Position numbers and translations under genes: made by a program. The notes beneath the pieces are model-generated. The model saw only the letters and a program-made list of their open reading frames with translations. It did no database searches and was not told the origin of the DNA. Source: a virus. From it: a stretch of 41,904 nt of DNA. This document shows positions 1 through 6,776 of this stretch, one piece after another. The first letter of the stretch is position 1; each line of letters opens with the position of its first letter. The stretch lies in IMG/VR virus record IMGVR_UViG_3300045988_046732, one strand, 5' to 3'.

Positions 1-119
1 ACGTGATCGCCCACATTATGAGCCATTTTACCGGGCTGACCACGGAGCCGGTGGAAGTGCTTTCCATGTATGATGGCATGAGCTGCGGCCATATCGCGCT
101 GGACAAGCTGGGTACGGAG
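1..119. repeat. Terminal overlap, identical to 41786..41904 (circular-assembly overlap or short terminal redundancy)
   Basis: Direct comparison: acgtgatcgcccacattatgagcc...ctgggtacggag occurs at both ends with offset 41,785. Confidence 0.95.
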
Positions 120-284
120 ATCACCGCCTACTATGCGACCGAGATCGACAAATACGCCATCCAGACCACGCAGCACAATTTCCCGGACACCGTGCAGCTG
201 GGCGACGCATTCCAGGTGCGGAATGAGTCGTGGAGCATCGCCCAGGCCATGGCGGAGCAGTGGGGAGGATCGGAGGTTGAATGA
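1..284 (+). CDS. DNA (cytosine-5) methyltransferase, C-terminal segment with motifs I-III (continues ORF 40747..41904 across the junction)
   Basis: In-frame continuation through the overlap. VLSMYDGMSCG resembles motif I, ATEIDK motif II, LGDAFQV motif III. Stop TGA at 282-284. Confidence 0.8.
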   Translation, partial: VIAHIMSHFTGLTTEPVEVLSMYDGMSCGHIALDKLGTEITAYYATEIDKYAIQTTQHNFPDTVQLGDAFQVRNESWSIAQAMAEQWGGSEVE

Positions 285-784
285 TGGAAAATTTTAATTG
301 CCTTCGTTGCAGCTTTAGGCATGAGGACAACGGGAACTGTACTGCGGTCGGCGGGTTCTGCACGGCGGTTGAGGCTGCCCACTGCCCGCTGCTGCGGGAA
401 TATTTGGACACGGGGATGACGCCGGAACGCTGTGCCGAATTCGCGCGAGCAAACGCGGAAGGACGGTACATCGTAATGCGTGATGCGGAGCAGGATGGCG
501 TTGCCCGCCTGCGCGAGCTGGCCGAGGCCGACAAGGACGGGCGGCTGGTGGTGCTACCGTGCAAGGTGGGCGATATAGTGTGGGCGAATCTTGACGGGAT
601 GCGGCACACCCGCAAATGCGTCATAGAATTTGCGAACATTGGAAGCCACGTTACGACCATTGTATTTTCTACAGTAGATGGATTAAGAGAACAGTACGGG
701 GTCAATCTTAGCTCATTTGGCAAGACGGTATTCCGCACCCGCGAGGAGGCGGAAGCAGCATTGGAGGGGATGAAGGATGAATGA
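281..784 (+). CDS. Hypothetical phage protein (Cys-rich N-terminus, C-terminal REEAEAALEGMKDE tail)
   Basis: 167-aa ORF with GGAGG 6 nt upstream and ATGA overlaps with both neighbours. Confidence 0.7.
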   Translation: MMENFNCLRCSFRHEDNGNCTAVGGFCTAVEAAHCPLLREYLDTGMTPERCAEFARANAEGRYIVMRDAEQDGVARLRELAEADKDGRLVVLPCKVGDIVWANLDGMRHTRKCVIEFANIGSHVTTIVFSTVDGLREQYGVNLSSFGKTVFRTREEAEAALEGMKDE

Positions 785-1055
785 CTTAAAACCGTGCCCG
801 TTCTGCGGCGGCACAAAACTCAAGGTCGAGCGGAAGTCTCGTCTCGCGGGGTGGAATGGTCTTGATATGCGAGTAGAAATGCACACTTTTTCTGTCCGAT
901 GCAACACCTGTCACGCGCGTGGTGGCGCTGTTGGTGGCCGCGTTATGAATGCCCCGTGGACGCATTGCACTCAGTTTCCCGACTGGGTTACGACGGACAA
1001 AACTCTGGAAGCAAAAGCAATCGACGCATGGAACAGGAGGGCTGACAATGGCTGA
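777..1055 (+). CDS. Lar-family restriction-alleviation-like zinc-ribbon protein (copy 1)
   Basis: MNDLKPCPFCGG...CNTCHARG...AIDAWNRRA, the hallmark N- and C-terminal motifs of the Lar family. Confidence 0.7.
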   Translation: MNDLKPCPFCGGTKLKVERKSRLAGWNGLDMRVEMHTFSVRCNTCHARGGAVGGRVMNAPWTHCTQFPDWVTTDKTLEAKAIDAWNRRADNG

Positions 1056-1284
1056 ATACATTGAGCACAGGGCGGCGATTGAGGCCGCAAAGCACGCGTG
1101 GGCAAAAGGGCTTGAGCCGTCGCAGTATATTGAGGCCCTGCCCGCCGCCGACGTGGAGCCGGTGGTGCGGTGCAGAGACTGTGCACACCTGTATGGGTCA
1201 CTGTGTGCGGCCTGCGGCTTGTTACTCCGCAAACCTGACGAATTTTGCAGCAGAGGGGAGCGAAAGGAGACTGACTATGAGTAA
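1048..1284 (+). CDS. Hypothetical phage protein (ADVEPVVRCRDC motif)
   Basis: ATG at 1048 preceded by AGGAGGGCTGACA. 78 aa. Paralogous in style to ORF 1812..2120. Confidence 0.6.
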   Translation: MAEYIEHRAAIEAAKHAWAKGLEPSQYIEALPAADVEPVVRCRDCAHLYGSLCAACGLLLRKPDEFCSRGERKETDYE

Positions 1285-1465
1285 GCCTTTGCTTTGCAGG
1301 TTTGGCTTGCATAAGCCAAACAAGGAGAAATACGTCACGATCACCCGCAGGCACCACGGCACCCACGGCGGAAAATACAGAACGAACTATGCCATCTGCG
1401 AACGATGCGGGAAACTCTGCTACCGAGTACGCTTGCAGCAAAGGCAAAAGAAAGGAGCGCTCTGA
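1277..1465 (+). CDS. Small basic zinc-ribbon-like protein
   Basis: ATG at 1277 overlaps the upstream stop. 62 aa with CRFG...CERCGKLC. Confidence 0.45.
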   Translation: MSKPLLCRFGLHKPNKEKYVTITRRHHGTHGGKYRTNYAICERCGKLCYRVRLQQRQKKGAL

Positions 1466-1466
1466 C

Positions 1467-1553
1467 ATGCGTAAATGGTGCTTTGGGCTTTGCGCCCGGT
1501 GTGCATGGAGATATAACGGCGGTTGTTCGGAATGGAGGTGCGTTTATGGATAA
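1467..1553 (+). CDS. Very small Cys/Trp-rich ORF (28 aa)
   Basis: ATG at 1467, tightly packed between neighbours. No other support. Confidence 0.25.
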   Translation: MRKWCFGLCARCAWRYNGGCSEWRCVYG

Positions 1554-1650
1554 AAAATATCTGGGCCTGATTGGCCCTGCGGACAGCGTATACCTGCGGC
1601 TGATCCAGCGGGAGGCGGAGAAAGCATTGGAGGCGATGAAGGATGACTGA
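1546..1650 (+). CDS. Short ORF ending in EAEKALEAMKDD (truncated paralogue of the C-terminus of ORF 281..784)
   Basis: 34 aa. The last ~12 aa and underlying DNA resemble 744-784. It overlaps the Lar-2 start exactly as copy 1 does. Confidence 0.4.
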   Translation: MDKKYLGLIGPADSVYLRLIQREAEKALEAMKDD

Positions 1651-1819
1651 CCTGAAACCTTGCCCGTTCTGCGGCGGAGAAGTAATACTTGAAACAGTAG
1701 ATGGCAACAGCCCAGAAGAGTGCTATATATACTGTCCACAGTGCGATTTTGAAAGTGGCGTATATAGCAAACCCAAATTTATCGTCGAAAAGTGGAACAG
1801 GAGGGCTGGGAATGGATGA
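1643..1819 (+). CDS. Lar-family restriction-alleviation-like zinc-ribbon protein (copy 2; absent from the ORF track at 58 aa)
   Basis: Hand translation: MTDLKPCPFCGGEVILETVDGNSPEECYIYCPQCDFESGVYSKPKFIVEKWNRRAGNG. Confidence 0.7.
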   Translation: MTDLKPCPFCGGEVILETVDGNSPEECYIYCPQCDFESGVYSKPKFIVEKWNRRAGNG

Positions 1820-2120
1820 ATGCATTAAACGAGCAGCCGCAGTAAAATCTGTTTTGCGGATGCGTAGACCGGAGAACAGCGTGGCTCAAAATAGGATGCT
1901 ATCGATTATCCAGATGGATATGTTGAAACTTCCCACCGCTGACGTTGCGCCGGTGGTGTATGGGCGGTGGATTCACGATGGGCGCAGGATTGAGAGTGGC
2001 ATTGATTGGTGCCATTGTAGTGAGTGTGGGAAATCAGATAACTTTTGCACGCGCACAAACTACTGCCCCAACTGCGGGGCCAAGATGGACGGTGATGACC
2101 ATGGAAGAGAAGAAATATGA
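1812..2120 (+). CDS. Hypothetical phage protein with C-terminal zinc ribbon (ADVAPVVYGRW...CSECG...CPNCG)
   Basis: ATG at 1812 preceded by AGGAGGGCTGGGA. 102 aa. Confidence 0.6.
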   Translation: MDECIKRAAAVKSVLRMRRPENSVAQNRMLSIIQMDMLKLPTADVAPVVYGRWIHDGRRIESGIDWCHCSECGKSDNFCTRTNYCPNCGAKMDGDDHGREEI

Positions 2121-2349
2121 CCCTGTCAACCACCCGAAGCACTACTGCCGGGAGGGCGGGATGGAGTGTTTGGAGGAGATGGAGCTGATATTCGGGGCGA
2201 ATGCGGTGCGGACCTTCTGCCTGCTGAACGCCTGGAAGTACCGATACCGGGCGGCGGACAAGAACGGGGAACAGGACCTGAAAAAGAGCGACTGGTACAT
2301 GCGAAAATACCGGGAGCTGACCGCTGACGCATATGGTCCACATGACTAA
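2095..2349 (+). CDS. DUF3310-like phage protein
   Basis: VNHPKHY...ECLEEMELIFG...FCLLNAWKYRYRAADKNGEQDLKKSDWYM matches the DUF3310 pattern. The start could be 2095 or 2101. Confidence 0.65.
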   Translation: MTMEEKKYDPVNHPKHYCREGGMECLEEMELIFGANAVRTFCLLNAWKYRYRAADKNGEQDLKKSDWYMRKYRELTADAYGPHD

Positions 2350-2650
2350 GGCGGAGCTGAAGAAGGCGGTGAGCTACCAGATCTTCTGCCGCAGGACGGA
2401 CAAGGGGATCAGCCAGCCGATGCTGGCTTACATGCTGGGGGTACATGAGCGCAACGTGCGGCGGTGGGAGAGCCGGGACGGGCTGCCTTCGCCGGTGATG
2501 CTGTGCCGCATGGCGGAGATCTTTAGCTGCACTACCGACGACTTACTGGGAAGGAGCAAAGAGAGAGATGGCAAGCGGGTTTTTGGAGCGGCAGCGCCGG
2601 ATACAGGAGGAGGCCATGGCCACGGCGGAGCGGATCACGCGGCAGTATGA
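2333..2650 (+). CDS. XRE-family helix-turn-helix protein
   Basis: GISQPMLAYMLGVHERNVRRWESRDGLPSPVMLCRMAEIFSCTTDDLLG is a typical HTH_3 core. The 3' end overlaps the next ORF. Confidence 0.65.
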   Translation: MVHMTKAELKKAVSYQIFCRRTDKGISQPMLAYMLGVHERNVRRWESRDGLPSPVMLCRMAEIFSCTTDDLLGRSKERDGKRVFGAAAPDTGGGHGHGGADHAAV

Positions 2651-2900
2651 CATAGACTGCTGGCAGATCGCACTGGCCAGGTATGACAAGCTGGAGCTGG
2701 GCTACCAGCGGATCATGGAGCTGACGGAGCTGGCCCAGCAGGTGCGGCGGGAGTACGCCGGGGCGATCACCCGGGACAACGAGCAGGACTACTACCGGGT
2801 GCACATGGACCGGGAGCTGCAGGAGATCGCCAAGCACCACATGACGGTGATCCCCTTTGAGACGCGCTACCCGGAATTAAAACGCTACATAGGGAGATAG
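2568..2900 (+). CDS. Hypothetical phage protein
   Basis: 110-aa ORF. An alternative start at 2616 has a better SD (AGGAGGAGG). Confidence 0.55.
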   Translation: MASGFLERQRRIQEEAMATAERITRQYDIDCWQIALARYDKLELGYQRIMELTELAQQVRREYAGAITRDNEQDYYRVHMDRELQEIAKHHMTVIPFETRYPELKRYIGR

Positions 2901-2905
2901 AGAGA

Positions 2906-3094
2906 ATGAACCGCGAACAGTGCCGACGCTGCATCTACTACAAACAGTTTTCTTCGGTTAAGATCGACATGGCCTGCCACTACATGCTGGACACAGGGAT
3001 GGCCAGAGTCAGGGAAGGGGACAAGTGCTACTCCCGGCTGACAGCAAAGCAGGCCAAGAAGAGGGGCTTTGACGCGCCCCTGTCGCAGAGATGA
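2906..3094 (+). CDS. Small Cys-containing hypothetical protein
   Basis: 62-aa ORF with GGGAGATAGAGAGA upstream, followed by a strong terminator. Confidence 0.5.
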   Translation: MNREQCRRCIYYKQFSSVKIDMACHYMLDTGMARVREGDKCYSRLTAKQAKKRGFDAPLSQR

Positions 3095-3098
3095 GAAA

Positions 3099-3131
3099 AG
3101 AGCGTACCCAGAGGTGGGTGCGCTCTTTTTT
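3099..3131 (+). terminator. Rho-independent terminator
   Basis: 12-bp stem agagcgtaccca/tgggtgcgctct (one G:T), loop gagg, then a T-run. Confidence 0.8.
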
Positions 3132-3157
3132 CTGTGTCAAGGGCAAAAAAGAAAAAC

Positions 3158-3183
3158 CGGGCAAGTTTGTCCGTGTTTTTTTC
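3158..3183 (+). terminator. Possible second terminator
   Basis: 6-bp stem cgggca/tgtccg (one G:T), loop agtt, followed by tgttttttt. Confidence 0.35.
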
Positions 3184-3274
3184 TTTAACCAGCTGAGACA
3201 ATAGACGCGGCGGGAGCCCCGACCGCCCAAAACCTCCTGTGACCTGCGGTGCGCCACCGTGCCGCAGGGCATAT

Positions 3275-3351
3275 GCAGACGTAGCTCAGATGGCAAGAGC
3301 GTTTCGCAAATAATGAAAATGTCGCGGGTTCGAGTCCCGCTGTCTGCGCCA
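3275..3351 (+). tRNA. Phage-encoded tRNA with encoded CCA; nominal anticodon AAT (Ile?) in a non-canonical loop CAAATAA (A at position 33)
   Basis: Hand-folded cloverleaf. Acceptor GCAGACG/TGTCTGC, D arm GCTC-AGATGGCAA-GAGC, anticodon stem TTTCG/TGAAA, variable ATGTC, T arm GCGGG-TTCGAGT-CCCGC, discriminator G, then CCA. Confidence 0.75.
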
Positions 3352-3840
3352 GAGGCCGGGTAGCGCCCGGACACTGTGAGACCGTTCGTCGTGGCTCACA
3401 TGAAAATGACAATGACTGCTGAAAACTGCACCGTGGGGGGAACCCGCATCAACGTAATGGTGCCGCATATGTAAAGCGGCAATCGGTGACGTGACAATTT
3501 AAGCGGTAAGACGGCCAATATGCGGCATAGGTGCCCCGCAAGGGGAGACCACAGCGAGTGACGGGGACTTTCCCTGAAGTGCTAAAGCAGGGCAAGACTG
3601 CAATGCCGTACCAACCACACAAGCGGGCGAGGAAGCGCGAAAAGTTAAGTGCACACAAGCTGTGGCCACAGCGGCGGACAGTTAATCCGCAAAAACAGTG
3701 TGCGGCTGATGAAAAGGCGCAGCGCGGTGTGGTGCCGATATGCAGATCGTAAAGAATATTTTGTTGAGGCCCTTTAGGGCTGGGTAGATCTGCTGCGTTG
3801 GAGCCAGGGGCGGGGGCCGGCAGCAAAAACAGGAGGTAGT
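3352..3840 (+). ncRNA. Candidate large structured non-coding RNA or leader next to the tRNA (function unknown)
   Basis: About 490 nt with no credible CDS. Contains a 10-bp long-range pairing (3461-3470 with 3518-3527), a cccc-GCAA-gggg hairpin, a 12-nt palindrome ctgtggccacag and several other stems. Confidence 0.3.
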
Positions 3841-4422
3841 ATGGAAGTCACGAAGCGGCGGCTTGCGGACATTGTTCCGTATGCGGCCAACGCAAAGAAG
3901 CACGACAAGAGGCAAATCAACAATGTTGCGGAGAGTATAAAGCAATACGGCTTTGTGCAGCCGATTGTGATTGACCGTGACGGCGTGATCGTAATCGGCC
4001 ACTGCCGCGCTTTGGCGGCAAAGAAGCTGGGCATGAAAGAAGTGCCGTGCGTCTGCGTGGACGATCTGACACCGGAGCAGGTAAACGCCCTGCGGCTGGT
4101 GGATAATAAGAGCAACGAGAGCGACTGGGACCTTGACCTGCTGGCGGATGAACTGCCTGGTCTTGACCTGTCGGCGTTTGACTTTGATTGGGGGCTGCGT
4201 GACGAACTGAACAATTCCGTTGTCGAAGATGATTATGAACCTGTCATTCCGACGGAGCCGAAGAGCAAGCTGGGCGATGTGTACCAGCTTGGAGACCATC
4301 GCCTTATGTGCGGAGACAGTACATCTCTGACTGATGTACAAAAGCTTGTGGGGGGGGGCACAAATCGATCTTCTTCTCACCGATCCTCCGTACAATGTGG
4401 ACTATCAGGGCACCGCCGGTAA
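3841..4422 (+). CDS. ParB/Srx-like nuclease-domain ORF (N-terminal part of a ParB-methyltransferase fusion, ended by a frameshift at the G9 tract)
   Basis: AGGAGG SD. VPYAANAKKHDKRQINNVAESIKQYGFVQPIVIDRDGVIVIGHCRALAAKKLG is a ParB N-terminal-like core. After the G-run the frame gives 25 junk codons and a stop. Confidence 0.8.
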   Translation: MEVTKRRLADIVPYAANAKKHDKRQINNVAESIKQYGFVQPIVIDRDGVIVIGHCRALAAKKLGMKEVPCVCVDDLTPEQVNALRLVDNKSNESDWDLDLLADELPGLDLSAFDFDWGLRDELNNSVVEDDYEPVIPTEPKSKLGDVYQLGDHRLMCGDSTSLTDVQKLVGGGTNRSSSHRSSVQCGLSGHRR

Positions 4423-5035
4423 AATTAAGAACGATAACATGGAAGATGCAGCCTTTAGGCAGTTTCTGACGGATGCTTTCTCCAATGCGGCGATGGTTAT
4501 GAAACCCGGCGCTCCGTTCTACATCTGGCATGCAGACAGTGAGGGGTATAACTTCCGTGGTGCGTGTAAAGATTCGATGCTGCGCGTCCGGCAGTGCCTG
4601 ATTTGGGTAAAGAATTCCCTCGTAATGGGGAGGCAGGATTTCCAGTGGAAACATGAACCTTGCCTGTACGGCGAGAGTGAGATTGAAGAGGATGCACACG
4701 AACCCTGCCTGTACGGATGGACGGAAGGGAAGAAGCATTATTTCTTCAAGAACCGCAGGCAGACTACCGTCCTGAATTTTGATAAGCCTGTAAAATCTGC
4801 GGAGCATCCGACCATGAAGCCGATTAAGCTGTTCGATTACCAGATGCAGTGTTCCAGTAAGCCAGGAGAGAATGTTCTTGACCTGTTCGCTGGCTCCGGC
4901 ACAACGATCATGGCAGCGGAGCAGAACGGCAGACATGCTTTCTGCATGGAGTACGACCCGAAGTACGCAGATGTTATCGTTGACCGGTGGGAGAAGTTCA
5001 CAGGAGAAAAGGCGGTGCTTTTGCATGACGATTGA
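4334..5035 (+). CDS. Beta-class amino-DNA methyltransferase domain (N6-adenine or N4-cytosine), +1 frame relative to 3841..
   Basis: DLLLTDPPYNVDY (motif IV) precedes VLDLFAGSGTT (motif I). The ATG at 4334 has no SD, so the track start is probably artificial. Confidence 0.8.
   Translation: MYKSLWGGAQIDLLLTDPPYNVDYQGTAGKIKNDNMEDAAFRQFLTDAFSNAAMVMKPGAPFYIWHADSEGYNFRGACKDSMLRVRQCLIWVKNSLVMGRQDFQWKHEPCLYGESEIEEDAHEPCLYGWTEGKKHYFFKNRRQTTVLNFDKPVKSAEHPTMKPIKLFDYQMQCSSKPGENVLDLFAGSGTTIMAAEQNGRHAFCMEYDPKYADVIVDRWEKFTGEKAVLLHDD
4350..4358 (+). repeat. Homopolymeric G9 tract at the ParB/methyltransferase domain boundary
   Basis: Counted nine consecutive G. Eight G would fuse 3841.. in frame to the methyltransferase frame. 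Confidence 0.9.
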
Positions 5036-5130
5036 AGAAGCACAGGCGATTATTGCCAAAACAAGCAGCCCGCACTTAAAGCGAGATATGGAGAAGTTTA
5101 TTAAACGACAGCAGAGAAAGGAGGGCGCGT

Positions 5131-5499
5131 ATGGCAAGGCCAAGAAAGGAAATAGATCAGAAGCAGTTCGAGAACCTCTGCGGCCTGCAATGCACGCTTG
5201 AGGAAATCTGCGGTTGGTTTGGTGTGACTGATAAAACACTGGATAGTTGGTGTAAACGCACCTATCATGCCAGTTTTTCCGAGGTATTTAAACAAAAGCG
5301 CGGCGCGGGGAAAATTTCGCTGCGTCGGAGCCAGTGGCAGCTTGCGGCAAAGAACGCAAGCATGGCTATTTGGCTGGGGAAACAATACCTTGGACAGCGC
5401 GATATTGTTGAGCAGGGCTTTCCGACAGATAACACGCAGGAGGACGCTTTGAGCGTGAGCCTGCGTGAAATGGCAGAAGGGTTGGAGAGCGATGATTAG
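5131..5499 (+). CDS. terS: Terminase small subunit
   Basis: GGAGGG SD. N-terminal HTH-like KEIDQKQFENLCGLQCTLEEICGWFGVTDKTLDSW. Lies immediately upstream of and overlaps terL. Confidence 0.75.
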   Translation: MARPRKEIDQKQFENLCGLQCTLEEICGWFGVTDKTLDSWCKRTYHASFSEVFKQKRGAGKISLRRSQWQLAAKNASMAIWLGKQYLGQRDIVEQGFPTDNTQEDALSVSLREMAEGLESDD

Positions 5500-6772
5500 C
5501 CCGAAACAGAAGAAGATCCTTTCTTTCCCTTATTCCAAGTATGACGCGCTGATTTGCGACGGTGCTGTGCGTTCCGGTAAGACCTCAATCATGATGTGGG
5601 CGTTCGTCCGCTGGGCGATGGAGAATTTTAGCGGCCAGCGTTTCGGCGTGTGTGGCCGCACGGTTGACAGCTGCACCAAGAACATTATTGTGCCGTTCAC
5701 GGCGATGAGCCTTGCGAAGGAACGTTATATCATCCGCTGGCGGCGCGGTGATAAGGTGATGGAAGTACGGCGCGGAGCCGTGACGAATTACTTTGAAGTG
5801 TTCGGCGGCAAGGACGAGGCAAGCTATACACTGATCCAAGGCCGCACCCTGGCCGGCGTGCTGCTGGATGAGGTAGTGCTGATGCCGCGCTCGTTCGTGG
5901 AACAGGCGCTTGCACGTTGCTCTGTAGATGGTGCAAAGCTGTGGTTCTCTTGCAACCCTGGAAGCCCGCACCACTGGTTCTACCAGGAGTGGATTAAGCG
6001 GCATCGTGAGCGGAATACGCTGTATCTCCATTTCGAGATGACTGACAACCCCGGCCTGAGCGAAAGAACGCTTGAGCGCTACGCGAATATGTATGCTGGT
6101 ATCTTTTATGACCGCTATGTTCGCGGACTGTGGGTGGCAGCGGAAGGTGTCGTATACAAGGATTTCGCCAACAACACCGAGAAATACTTGATTGGGGATC
6201 CCTTGGAGTGGGCCGAGCAGAACGGGACCAGGTTCTCGATCATTTCTATTGGCGTTGACTTCGGCGGAACAAAATCCGCGACGAAGTTTCAGGCAACCGG
6301 AATCACGAAGGACTATCGTGTGGTCGCACTGGAAGAGGAATACATTAAGAACGAAGAGATTGACCCTGACGCGCTGAACCGGCGCTTTGCTACGTTTGCC
6401 CAGATGGTGACGGCAAAGTATGGATACAGCCAGACACGGGCAGACAGCGCGGAAACAGTTCTGATCCGTGGGTTAGATCATACCGCGCAAAAAATGCACC
6501 TTGGCACGCAGGTTAAGAACGCGCTGAAAATGCAAATCACAGATAGAATCCGGTTGGCGGTGCTGCTCATGAAGCAGGGCCGGTTCAAGGTTTCGCGGAG
6601 CTGCCCTCACCTGATCGATGCGCTGCAAACCGCAATTTATGATCCTGATAAGTTTGAGGACGAGCGCCTTGACGATGGAACGTCCGACATTGACAGCCTT
6701 GACGCCTTTGAGTACAGCATTGAGCCTTATTACAAAGACCTGGAACGTGCCGGTCACATGATGGGACGGTGA
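5492..6772 (+). CDS. terL: Terminase large subunit
   Basis: Walker A CDGAVRSGKTS, Walker B-like GVLLDEV, and a C-terminal nuclease region. ATG at 5492 overlaps the terS stop (track start 5465 is possible). Confidence 0.9.
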   Translation: MISPKQKKILSFPYSKYDALICDGAVRSGKTSIMMWAFVRWAMENFSGQRFGVCGRTVDSCTKNIIVPFTAMSLAKERYIIRWRRGDKVMEVRRGAVTNYFEVFGGKDEASYTLIQGRTLAGVLLDEVVLMPRSFVEQALARCSVDGAKLWFSCNPGSPHHWFYQEWIKRHRERNTLYLHFEMTDNPGLSERTLERYANMYAGIFYDRYVRGLWVAAEGVVYKDFANNTEKYLIGDPLEWAEQNGTRFSIISIGVDFGGTKSATKFQATGITKDYRVVALEEEYIKNEEIDPDALNRRFATFAQMVTAKYGYSQTRADSAETVLIRGLDHTAQKMHLGTQVKNALKMQITDRIRLAVLLMKQGRFKVSRSCPHLIDALQTAIYDPDKFEDERLDDGTSDIDSLDAFEYSIEPYYKDLERAGHMMGR

Positions 6773-6776
6773 AAAA

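Noticed and set aside
3275-3351. The tRNA as the attP/attB-overlap site
   Set aside because: It is a full-length tRNA 26 kb from the integrase. The integrase is a serine recombinase, which does not need a tRNA-type core. A better dyad sits next to the integrase gene.
3271-3747. 9-nt direct repeat ATATGCAGA at the tRNA 5' edge (3271) and at 3739, suggesting an inserted tRNA-plus-RNA cassette
   Set aside because: About one chance 9-mer match is expected between positions within a region of this size, and there is no other sign of a mobile-element boundary.
3449-4395. Track ORFs in and around the non-coding region: 3449..3826(-), 3531..3752(+), 3682..4395(-), 3185..3412(-), 3009..3374(-)
   Set aside because: They have no SD, show low-complexity or basic composition, and overlap the tRNA or the ParB-like gene. 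I treated the region as non-coding.
5025-5201. 58-aa ORF (MTIEEAQAIIAK...) starting at the methyltransferase stop and overlapping terS by 70 nt
   Set aside because: The terS start at 5131 has a strong GGAGGG SD, and the small ORF would run deep into it. Its own SD is weak. It may be real, but I cannot support it.
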